From: an uncultured Spirochaetota bacterium
Lineage (GTDB): Bacteria; Spirochaetota; Brevinematia; Brevinematales; JAOACQ01
Direction of reading: 5' to 3'
Assembly (NCBI GenBank): GCA_963835575.1
Contig: CAWIGG010000002.1
Coordinates: 992,001 to 1,056,000 of the forward strand
Length of the DNA: 64,000 bases
Shown: positions 41,425-50,260 of the stretch, piece after piece
Position numbering within the stretch: the first letter of the stretch is position 1
Layout: each line of letters opens with the position of its first letter
Translations under genes and position numbers: made by a program
Notes under the pieces: model-generated
What the model was told of the DNA's origin: nothing
What the model saw: only the letters and a program-made list of their open reading frames with translations
The model's database searches: none

Positions 41425-41442
41425 TAATACAGGAGTTTCTCT

Positions 41443-42594
41443 ATGCTTAAGCGACCGGTCCGATTATTTCTCATCATTATCCAGTTTCTTTTAATTTCCG
41501 CCCTGCAACTCCATGGTTTTCAGCTCAAACTTCTCAAAAGCTTCGAGAACTGGGGAATGCCGAAGTCGATCATGGCGTCCCCGAATGGGAAATACGCCGT
41601 TTCCATGAACCTGGAAGACTGCAGTATCTGGATTATGGATACACAAACACTTAAGATAAAACAGAAGGTCAATTTCAAGAAAACCGCGGCCAGGGGATGG
41701 AATTATGACAGAAAGGTTACGATCCCGTCCGTGGCCGAAAAGCCTGTGGAGTGCGATTTTACGGACAACGGCCGTTTTATCTGGCTGTCTTTCCATAACG
41801 GCTCCTCCGTCGTCGTCTACGACACGGAAATGGATACGATGAAGAAGGACATGGCGCAGGAGCTCGCGGCCAAGTTCGGTTATGAGCTTCAGGAAGCGCA
41901 GGTGGAGGACCTGGAAAATAACACGAAAACCACCGTTTACCTTCCGAAAATAAAAGTCGGCAAAACGCCCAAGACCGTCAGGCCTACGGCAGATGGAACC
42001 AAAATCCTGGTCTCCAACTGGCACGGCAGCTCCGTCTCCGTGATCGACAGGAAGCTCATGAAAACCATAAAAGAAGTCAAACTCGGCGGCGGGCATTATA
42101 TTCCCCGCGGTTTGATCATTACGTCGGACTCAAAGACCGCCTATATCGGCGAAATGAGCGGAGATGCCATTACGGAAGTCGATCTGGATACTTATAAAAT
42201 AACAGGGGATTATCCCATCACCGGCTGTCCCGGCTACCTCGTGATCACAAAGGACGATAATTACATTTACTACACGACAAATGAGCCGGATGAAAAGGGA
42301 GCAATCATGATCGCCAAGGTCTGGAAATGGAACACGAAGACCAAAAAGAACGAGGCTTTTGTCCGTGTCGGGCTTCAGGCACGGACCCTTGCCATCACGC
42401 CGGACAATAAATACCTGATCGACGGCGCACAGCATTCCGGCGAGCTCTATGTCCTTGACGCGGATACTCTCAAGATCGTCGCAAAATATCTCTTCGCGCG
42501 GCCGGTGGGCCTGTCTGTCACGCCGGACGGGACACAGCTCTGGGTGTCGAGCTACGGCGGGGGGTATCTGCGGGTGTATCAGATTATAGAATAG
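41443..42594 (+). CDS. Secreted YncE/YVTN beta-propeller protein
   Basis: Signal peptide; repeated P..i..sPDG..l.Vs....vsViD blades. Confidence 0.85.
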   Translation: MLKRPVRLFLIIIQFLLISALQLHGFQLKLLKSFENWGMPKSIMASPNGKYAVSMNLEDCSIWIMDTQTLKIKQKVNFKKTAARGWNYDRKVTIPSVAEKPVECDFTDNGRFIWLSFHNGSSVVVYDTEMDTMKKDMAQELAAKFGYELQEAQVEDLENNTKTTVYLPKIKVGKTPKTVRPTADGTKILVSNWHGSSVSVIDRKLMKTIKEVKLGGGHYIPRGLIITSDSKTAYIGEMSGDAITEVDLDTYKITGDYPITGCPGYLVITKDDNYIYYTTNEPDEKGAIMIAKVWKWNTKTKKNEAFVRVGLQARTLAITPDNKYLIDGAQHSGELYVLDADTLKIVAKYLFARPVGLSVTPDGTQLWVSSYGGGYLRVYQIIE

Positions 42595-43052
42595 CTGATT
42601 AACTGATAGGAAAAATTATAATTCCCACCGGCTGCAATTCTACCCCTCGGAAGAAAAAACCGCAACGGGAAATATCATTCCATATTTTTGAAATAACCAG
42701 CGTTATTACTTAAAATGAGGTGTTGATTATTAATTGGACCATCATTATGGCAGTTCTATTGAGAAAATTGAACAAATATTATTTTCTTGTTCGTTTTGTT
42801 TTTTTATTGGCGCAGAACCAGTTAATAAATATGGCTCATAATGATTATGGATATGCTTCATTAACTTACGGAATAGGGAACCAGAATTAAACTATTCGGG
42901 ATATGTTCAAATATTTTTCATGGTATTATCATAATTAGAAAGGCAGGGTATTATATTTCTTTATTGAAATAATCATTCTGAAAGACGGCTTTTTTTTATT
43001 CCGCATATTACAGCCGGCCGTATTGATACTTATCATGCTTTAAGGGGGCAAT

Positions 43053-44615
43053 ATGAAGACAAAATCTTTTATTGGTATCATCATTAACCTGTTTGTTTTA
43101 CTGGCGCTGTTATCCTGCGGGCAGAAAGCGGCGTTGAAGGGAGAGAAACCGCAGGAAGAAGCGGTCACTATTGAAACAAACCAGATTTTTACCACCGAAG
43201 ACACCGTGGAAAGTTCGAATAGAATGAAGGTCCTAATACTGCCTCTTATTGACCGGTCGGACCATACAAAATATCCAAACGCGAAAATCGTTAACACCAT
43301 TTTGATGAATGAATTATACGCTTTTCTTTACATTGAGCCTTCCTTCGCCGTACCTGAAAAAACAACCCTGACCGAGATGGATTCCTCTTTTTTGTATCAA
43401 AAGAATCTGGATCCGAAGGAAATCTACAACCAATATCAGGCTGATATTGTGATTTACGGCGATTACAGCCTGATGGGCATTAAATCCGACCCCCAGGCTC
43501 AAATCCATCTCAATATCTGGCAGAAACCGACGGGAAAGATTGTCACCAACCTCTATAAAACTCCAATTGACACCGATATTTTTGATACGATTGAAACAAT
43601 GCTTTCTCAAATCATCAATACCACGCTGGATGAGGATATCAAAATCGCCTTTCTGAATTTCGGGAATATAAAAGTCGGGAACGGCGCTTATTCCCTGATT
43701 ATTAATAATAAAATGGCTGCGAAAATTACCAACGACAACTTCGCGATGAATCTGAAAATCGTGCCGAACGCTGTTTATATGGTCAAGTTAAGAAATTTAT
43801 CCGATAACAAAATAGTATTAAACACACCGGTTATAGTCAAACCGGGAGAATCGACCAATATCAGCTATTCCGCCCTGGGAAATATCATATGCACTATGCG
43901 GAAAAAAATACCCGGTGAAGACTATCAAATTTTTCTGGACGGTAAAAAAATACTACTGAATGAAGTACTTTCCAACATCCCTGCTGGGAGGGAATATTCT
44001 GTCAAAGTGGTTGATAGCCATGAAAATGAATATACTGAAAAATATTATTTATCCGACGGACAATTCAAGAATCTGATTTTACCTCAAAAGAAAATGTTAT
44101 TGTTTGATATAACCAATGAAAAAATTACTTCTTATTCTGTATACCATGGCCTTCGCAGCAAAGTAGAAATAAACACTAATAGGAATGAAATAACAGAAGG
44201 AAGAAATTCTTTTTCCGCGGATTTTAACGATCCTTATGACAACGTAAATAATGCGTATGCCGGTATTCAGGTGCATCTTAATTACGACAAAATGGACTGG
44301 ACCGGTATGGATACCTTTAAAATATGGATTTTCGGCAGGAAGACGGACATATCCTATTTTATGACTCTAGTTGATAAATGGGAAGAGCAGTTTATATACT
44401 GGTTTACTGATGACTGGAAAGGCTGGAAACAGATAACTATACCCCTCGATCATTTTTGGTTTCGCACCAGGTATCAGTCTTCTACTGCGAAAATAAATAA
44501 TAAAATTGATTATCCTCTGTCGGCTTTAGAATTTCAAATGAACTTATGGGATAGAAGTACCAGCGTTGGGGTTTTCAGATTGACTATCGGTGAAATGGAA
44601 GTCACCAGGGAATGA
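43053..44615 (+). CDS. Lipoprotein with C-terminal CBM11-like carbohydrate-binding domain
   Basis: Lipobox LSC; C-terminal DWTGMDTFKIWIFG..DDWKGWKQITIPLDHF. Confidence 0.6.
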   Translation: MKTKSFIGIIINLFVLLALLSCGQKAALKGEKPQEEAVTIETNQIFTTEDTVESSNRMKVLILPLIDRSDHTKYPNAKIVNTILMNELYAFLYIEPSFAVPEKTTLTEMDSSFLYQKNLDPKEIYNQYQADIVIYGDYSLMGIKSDPQAQIHLNIWQKPTGKIVTNLYKTPIDTDIFDTIETMLSQIINTTLDEDIKIAFLNFGNIKVGNGAYSLIINNKMAAKITNDNFAMNLKIVPNAVYMVKLRNLSDNKIVLNTPVIVKPGESTNISYSALGNIICTMRKKIPGEDYQIFLDGKKILLNEVLSNIPAGREYSVKVVDSHENEYTEKYYLSDGQFKNLILPQKKMLLFDITNEKITSYSVYHGLRSKVEINTNRNEITEGRNSFSADFNDPYDNVNNAYAGIQVHLNYDKMDWTGMDTFKIWIFGRKTDISYFMTLVDKWEEQFIYWFTDDWKGWKQITIPLDHFWFRTRYQSSTAKINNKIDYPLSALEFQMNLWDRSTSVGVFRLTIGEMEVTRE

Positions 44616-44657
44616 ATTTGTACGCTTTACCATTATAATCAGCAAGGAAAATTTTAT

Positions 44658-44772
44658 ATGCTTTTTTCTGCACTTAAAGGCCGGGTTTCCGGAACCATGA
44701 CGGTAGTTGCGACCGCTTTTCTCTGGAGCATAGCCGGCCTTTTTATCAAGATGATAGATTGGAACCCCTTTG
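44658..44772 (+). pseudogene. 5' fragment of an EamA/DMT transporter
   Basis: AFLWSIAGLFIKMIDWNPF is a typical EamA first helix; homology is lost at the 62-bp repeat. Confidence 0.55.
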
Positions 44773-44854
44773 AGAGTGATAGGAAAAATAATAATTCCCA
44801 CCGGCTACTATTCAATCCCTTGGAAGAAAAAACCGCAAATATACATCGAATGAA

Positions 44855-45143
44855 TTGAAAGACTATTTATCTAAAACAAGTCCAAATATTATCAGAAGTA
44901 TGAGTAGAAAGGATAATTGCTGGGATAATGCAGCCGCTGAGTCATTTTTTAAGACGCTAAAACAGGAATTATATAAGTTAAGGGATAATGTCAATTTTGA
45001 AGAGTTGAAATACATGCTTTTTAAATATATTGATGGATATTATTATACTCAGTGTAAGCAGTCATCATTAAGTTATAAAACACCGTTGGCGTTAAGACAG
45101 GCCATGGCTATTTAGCCTGTCCACAAAATAGGGTAAGTCCGCA
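44855..45143 (+). mobile_element. IS3-family 3' remnant (integrase core C-terminus plus right IR)
   Basis: SMSRKDNCWDNAAAESFFKTLKQE..YI..YY..SSLSYKTP; IRR TGTCCACAAAATAGGGTAAGTCCGCA ending in CA at 45143. Confidence 0.85.
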
Positions 45144-45388
45144 CCTCCTTTTCTTTGATTTGCTTTTTCCACATATTTCTTATCACAAATTAACAAAACT
45201 TTTTTTATTTCTGGGTTAATAACCATTTGTTCCATAAAAGCAATTGCATAATTTCCTTCTATTAAATCCCATTTATCCAATATTACATTTACACCAGATC
45301 CTACCAATTCAGAAGCTAATTGAATTACCCATTTTTGATGATCATCTGAAGTCCAAGAATATGAAATAAACACTTTCGGATTTTCCAG
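45144..45388 (-). pseudogene. SEFIR/TIR-domain gene truncated by IS3
   Basis: ENPKVFISYSW..H..WV..LA..L...GV.VILDKWDL..G....FME..KVLLICD..Y..KA..RKGG, cut exactly at the IS end; start codon position reads CTG. Confidence 0.8.
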
Positions 45389-45621
45389 ATAATTTCCTTT
45401 TACATTTAAGAATAAAGTATAATCGCTTTATTTTAATAAACATAAATATAAGTGTCAATATAAGAACTTCATGCTCACGCACCCTCTGCGTCTCAGTGGT
45501 GAAATAGATATTTTTACTAACAAACTGTCATAAATAAAAATAAATCCTCAAAAACTTGTGGTGAGCCTGCCGAATCCATCCGCCTCATCCGTGAAAATCC
45601 GTGTGAACAATCGGCTATTAC

Positions 45622-45651
45622 AAGAAAAGCCCGGCTCTTTCGAACCGGGCT
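45622..45651 (-). terminator. Intrinsic terminator
   Basis: Minus strand AGCCCGGTTC-GAAA-GAGCCGGGCT-TTTCTT. Confidence 0.75.
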
Positions 45652-45673
45652 CTTCAATGAAATTATGTTGAGA

Positions 45674-46855
45674 TCAATAATGGTTGACAGCAGTTGCGCT
45701 GATGTATAGCACATCATCCGCCGTGCCCCAGATTCCGTCAGGACCGGCATTGGTGTAATCGTATTCTTTCGTAAACCAGTAAGTGCTGACAGGGTCGTTG
45801 AATTCATGTCTGGCGTACAGCATGACATGATCGTCGGCGGTAAACCAGATATGATCGGGGCCGGCTCCGTCATAGATCTTCAGAGTCGACCAGCTCCAAT
45901 GCAGAGGAATGATTTTGTCTGCCGAAAAGGTTTCTATGTAATAACTTGCCGCGTTCGGCTGCAGGGTGTCGTTATACATTCCCAGGAACATATTAGTGAC
46001 ATTAGGCTCGGGTATCTGGTCATCGCCTGTGAACCAGACTCCGTCAGGTCCCGGACTGACATAGCACACTCTTTTTATCTCATTTCCGGCGCTGTCGTAA
46101 GTATCATGATAATAAGAGGAAATAGTGTTGTCGCTGTAATAATAGACGACTTCGTTAGTTCCGTACAGCTGGTAGGTTGTCAAAGCATCGTCGGCAGTCA
46201 GCCAGTTGCCGTCAGGGCCGGGATCGCCCACCCAATGGCCGCCGCCGAGTGGTGAGCCGTCAGCATAGTATCCGTTTATGTTCCCGGACTGATTATATTG
46301 AAAATGCCCGAAGTATCCGGTTACTCCCGTGAAGTTTGTCCACAGATCACTTGCTGCTAATGTTCCATCCGCATTGTAGTATTTGATCAGCCTGCAGGCA
46401 GGCATGGGCAGGGAAGGAGCGGATGAATTACTTCCGTTGTTTACTGAGATGGATACGCTGCCCCCCAGCATGACATTGATAGTGTAATTATACCCCGCAG
46501 CCAGTGTGAACATAACGCTGGATGTGTTGGTTATGCCGGAAGCGTCCCAGTCATGAACGGTAAAAGCATATTGACCGGTGCTTAACCCCTGGAAAGTGAA
46601 GACGGACGGTTCCCCTTGAAACCAGTTTGTGGAATAAACACTCGAACCGTTAACCAGCGTCATTTCCGCACCGGTAACGGCGTTCGAACTGACCGTTATC
46701 GAGCTTTTAGCTCCCGCCCCCTGCAGATTAACCGTTAAAGAAGCTGTACCTGTATTTCCCAGCCCCAGGTCCCGGGCCTCATTTTGTGGCTGTACGGAGC
46801 ACCCGGCAGCCAGCAAGACAATTGCCGCAAAAGAAAGAAACAAAAGTTTTCTCAT
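45674..46855 (-). CDS. Lipoprotein with four GPDGxWxTxDD repeats
   Basis: Lipobox AAGC; GPDGNWLTADD, GPDGVWFTGDD, GPDHIWFTADD, GPDGIWGTADD. Confidence 0.75.
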   Translation of the reverse strand: MRKLLFLSFAAIVLLAAGCSVQPQNEARDLGLGNTGTASLTVNLQGAGAKSSITVSSNAVTGAEMTLVNGSSVYSTNWFQGEPSVFTFQGLSTGQYAFTVHDWDASGITNTSSVMFTLAAGYNYTINVMLGGSVSISVNNGSNSSAPSLPMPACRLIKYYNADGTLAASDLWTNFTGVTGYFGHFQYNQSGNINGYYADGSPLGGGHWVGDPGPDGNWLTADDALTTYQLYGTNEVVYYYSDNTISSYYHDTYDSAGNEIKRVCYVSPGPDGVWFTGDDQIPEPNVTNMFLGMYNDTLQPNAASYYIETFSADKIIPLHWSWSTLKIYDGAGPDHIWFTADDHVMLYARHEFNDPVSTYWFTKEYDYTNAGPDGIWGTADDVLYISATAVNHY

Positions 46856-46920
46856 GAGAATTCCTCCTTATATAAAATATCTTTTGAAAATTAGTTGATA
46901 ATTCCGTTTTTTAATCTATA

Positions 46921-46980
46921 GGGCAGTTCCAAAACCTGTTTTGGAAACATCTTATCGATTTTAAGATTTTGGAACTGCTC
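46921..46980. repeat. 60-bp GGCAGTTC-family element, close copy of 5796-5855
   Basis: GGGCAGTTCCAAAACCTGTT.TGGAAA.ATCT.AT..ATTTT.AG.TTTTGGAACTGC.C shared, including the loop. Confidence 0.8.
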
Positions 46981-47143
46981 TATTTATAATACGATCCTAT
47001 CATCTTATTTTTGAAAATTTTTAAAAATAAATTTTAATCGAAAAAAATGGATGAAATGCTTATTTCTTTGCAAAGATCCCGAAAAGGAAAATTATTACTT
47101 GGCACTGTCTTAATCCCCGCAAAAGAGTTTGCCCCGCTTAACG

Positions 47144-47179
47144 AAAAAGGCGGCGAGAGATTTATCTCCCGCCGCCTTT
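47144..47179 (-). terminator. Intrinsic terminator of hppA
   Basis: AAAGGCGGCG.GAGA / TCTC.CGCCGCCTTT with a U-tract on the minus strand. Confidence 0.75.
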
Positions 47180-47200
47180 GTATTGTCAATAATGACTTGC

Positions 47201-49630
47201 TTAGCTTTTCTTGGGGATTCTCATGGCATAGAACGACCGCCACACGAAAACGAGCGCAACCAGAAGGAAGAAAGCCCCGACATAGGGAGCCGTCTTAGCA
47301 AAGCTCGGAACAATGGCGATTTCCATGGCCAGGAGTCCGAATAATGTGGTGAACTTGATGATCGGGTTGAGAGACACCGAAGAAGTGTCCTTAAAGGGAT
47401 CGCCCACTGTGTCGCCGATGACTGTCGCGTTATGGAGCGGAGTGCCTTTTTCATTAAGGTCGACTTCCACGAATTTCTTGGCATTGTCCCAGCACCCGCC
47501 GGCGTTGGCCATAAAGATGGCCTGGAACAGACCGAAAACCGCGATCGAGATCAGGTAGCTCACAAAAAAGGAAGCGGCATTCGGGTTTGTTTTATCAGAA
47601 GCCGAGAAGCATGCGAACGCGAGAGCAAAGGAAAAGATCGCAATAAAGATATTGATCATTCCCTGCTGGGCATACTGCGTGCAGATCTTAACAACTTCTT
47701 TCGAGTTGGCTATAGAGGCGCTCTTTGAGCCGCCTGTCAGCTTGATGTTCTTTTTAATATATTCAACAGCCCTGTATGAACCGGTTGTAACGGCCTGCAT
47801 GGAAGCGCCGGTGAACCAGAAGATCACGATGCCGCCGCAAATGAAGCCCAGGATCGTGAAGGGGTTCAGAATGCTTAATATAGTTGCAATATTGCCGTCT
47901 CCAGCAGGATAAAAAGATTTCTGCAGTAAAAGAATGATTGAGAAGATCATTGTGGAAGCCCCGATGACGGCTGTGCCGATCAAAACGGGTTTTGCCGTCG
48001 CCTTAAATGTGTTGCCTGCCCCATCATTGGCTTCAAGATAATGTTTTGCCTTTTTAAAGTCAGGCTTGAAGTTGAAGTCCTTTTCAATCTGTTTTGCAAC
48101 GCCGGGTGTGGATTCGATCAAGGACAGTTCATAAATGGACTGGGCGTTGTCTGTCACGGGGCCGTAGCTATCCACAGCAATTGTAACAGGGCCCATTCCC
48201 AGAAGACCGAAAGCCACAAGGCCGAATGCGAACACAGATGAATAACCCATAATTTCCGGCGGAATATTGATGCTGGCGATATATGCAATGAACATCAGGC
48301 CGGCAATAACCAGGCCGATCCAGAAAGCGCTGAAGTTCCCGGCGACAAGTCCTGAAAGGATTGTCAGGGACGCTCCGCCTTCCCTGGAAGCTGTGACGAC
48401 TTCTTTGACGTGCTTTGATTTGGTGCTTGTAAAGATCTTTGTAAATTCAGGGATCAAAGCCGCTCCAAGAGTGCCGCAGCTGATGATGATGGAAAGGACC
48501 AGCCAGAGATTATTTGGTAAAGACGAAAGCTGCCAGTAGCTGACTGAGAACGTGACAAGTATGGAAAGGATTGAAGTGATCCAGACCAGTGATGTAAGAG
48601 GTTTCTCGAAATCGATGTCGTCCTTTCCTTTATATATGAGGCTTGAGAAAAATTTATTGATCCAGTAAGCTACGATGGATGTGATGATCATCAGAACACG
48701 CATAATGAAGATCCAGATGAGGAGCGTGATCTGATAACCCGGCAGAACGGCAAGGACAATAAATGTGATCAAAGCCACGCCGGTCACGCCGTATGTTTCA
48801 AAACCGTCGGCGGTCGGGCCTACGCTGTCGCCGGCGTTATCACCGGTACAGTCGGCGATCACTCCGGGGTTCCTGGGATCGTCTTCCTTGATCTTGAATA
48901 CGATTTTCATCAAATCGGAGCCGATGTCGGCGATCTTGGTAAAGATACCGCCGCAGATACGGAGTGCGCTCGCGCCCAGCGATTCACCGATGGCAAAACC
49001 GATAAAGCATGCTCCGGCATATTCCCTGGGAATGAAAAGCAATATGATCAGCATCATAATAAGCTCTACTGATACAAGAAGAACGCCGATGCTCATACCG
49101 GACTGCAGAGGGATATTCAGCAGTTTGATCGGCTTTTTTTCAAGAGAAGCAAAAGCCATGCGGCTGTTGGCCAGAGTGTTGATCCGGATGCCGAACCAGG
49201 CCACGCCGTACGAACCGAGAATACCGACTACGGACCATGCTAAAATCAGGAGAACGCCTCCGAAGGGGTTTCCCTGAAGGAATCCGAAATAAAATCCGAT
49301 ACATGCGGCGATAAACACCTCGAGAATGATCAGGAATTTGCCCTGCTGTATCAGATAGGTCTTCGCGGTCTCAAAAATTGTCTCCGCGACGGCCAGCATA
49401 GATTTGTGAGCTTTCAAGCTCTTTACGCGAAGGTACTGATAAACCCCGAACACCAGACCGAGGACGCAGACAGCCATACCCAGTATCAATAAAATATAAT
49501 TGGGGTTGGAGCTGAGATCGGGAATTTTCAGGGTCGCTTCGCTTGCCATAAGCGGAGAAGCAAGGGTGAGCAGAAGCACAGCTAACGGCAGAGTCTTAAA
49601 CAGACTTTTGAATTTCGATTTGAAATCCAT
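47201..49630 (-). CDS. hppA: Membrane-bound ion-translocating pyrophosphatase, K+-independent divergent type
   Basis: GGIFTKIADIGSDL, EDDPRNPGVIADCTGDNAGD, DSYGPVTDNA, GNTFKAT, GDTVGDPFKDTS; 809 aa. Confidence 0.95.
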   Translation of the reverse strand: MDFKSKFKSLFKTLPLAVLLLTLASPLMASEATLKIPDLSSNPNYILLILGMAVCVLGLVFGVYQYLRVKSLKAHKSMLAVAETIFETAKTYLIQQGKFLIILEVFIAACIGFYFGFLQGNPFGGVLLILAWSVVGILGSYGVAWFGIRINTLANSRMAFASLEKKPIKLLNIPLQSGMSIGVLLVSVELIMMLIILLFIPREYAGACFIGFAIGESLGASALRICGGIFTKIADIGSDLMKIVFKIKEDDPRNPGVIADCTGDNAGDSVGPTADGFETYGVTGVALITFIVLAVLPGYQITLLIWIFIMRVLMIITSIVAYWINKFFSSLIYKGKDDIDFEKPLTSLVWITSILSILVTFSVSYWQLSSLPNNLWLVLSIIISCGTLGAALIPEFTKIFTSTKSKHVKEVVTASREGGASLTILSGLVAGNFSAFWIGLVIAGLMFIAYIASINIPPEIMGYSSVFAFGLVAFGLLGMGPVTIAVDSYGPVTDNAQSIYELSLIESTPGVAKQIEKDFNFKPDFKKAKHYLEANDGAGNTFKATAKPVLIGTAVIGASTMIFSIILLLQKSFYPAGDGNIATILSILNPFTILGFICGGIVIFWFTGASMQAVTTGSYRAVEYIKKNIKLTGGSKSASIANSKEVVKICTQYAQQGMINIFIAIFSFALAFACFSASDKTNPNAASFFVSYLISIAVFGLFQAIFMANAGGCWDNAKKFVEVDLNEKGTPLHNATVIGDTVGDPFKDTSSVSLNPIIKFTTLFGLLAMEIAIVPSFAKTAPYVGAFFLLVALVFVWRSFYAMRIPKKS

Positions 49631-49880
49631 TCTATTCCTCCAATAAAAATTATTTTGTATAGATATTTGTGATAATTATTTCAGGTAATGTTGTGTATTC
49701 ATTAATGATGGAGAAAATTAACCGGATTATTCTATATCCTTTAATAAGTTATGTCAAGGAATGAAGCAGATGCTTAATTTCAATAATAGAAAAGGATTAT
49801 ATGATCGGAGAAAGATTGTTAAAAAAAATTAGCGGGTTAAAAATACAGATTTTTGTTTTTTTGAAGTGCTAAATACTAGA

Positions 49881-50034
49881 AGCCGTCATTGCGAGAATAC
49901 CGGTCATATACTGTGCCGATAATCCCCGTACGAAGCAATCTGTCAATTCTATACGGTTCCTTTGTTCGTAGACAGATTGCTTCGTACTATGAATAGTGGG
50001 CATAGTTTAAATCTTGTGACTCGCAATGACGGCT
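49881..50034. repeat. GTCATTGCGAG palindromic element, copy 3
   Basis: AGCCGTCATTGCGAG/CTCGCAATGACGGCT; GTACGAAGCAATCTGTC/GACAGATTGCTTCGTAC. Confidence 0.85.
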
Positions 50035-50140
50035 TTTGTAATAAACTCATAAAAAAATAAAGGATTTTGTAAGCTCAGGGTTTCTTTCTTCCCGTCTTCC
50101 TGTGAAATTATTTCCTGATAAAACGGAAAACCTCATAAAT

Positions 50141-50169
50141 TTGACAAAAAATATGTTAATATTTATTCT
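50141..50169 (+). promoter_or_regulatory. Putative sigma70 promoter of the hydrogenase operon
   Basis: TTGACA-17 bp-TATTCT. Confidence 0.55.
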
Positions 50170-50260
50170 TTATGATTAATTTTCAGGTCGGTATAGATGG
50201 GGATGGGCGCCTATTTATTCAACAGTGCCTATTTCTTTAGCATAAGGAGAAATATAAGAG

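Noticed and set aside
49667..50118. Rex operator upstream of hppA or the hydrogenase
   Set aside because: Only the TGTGA half matches; the TCACAA half is missing.
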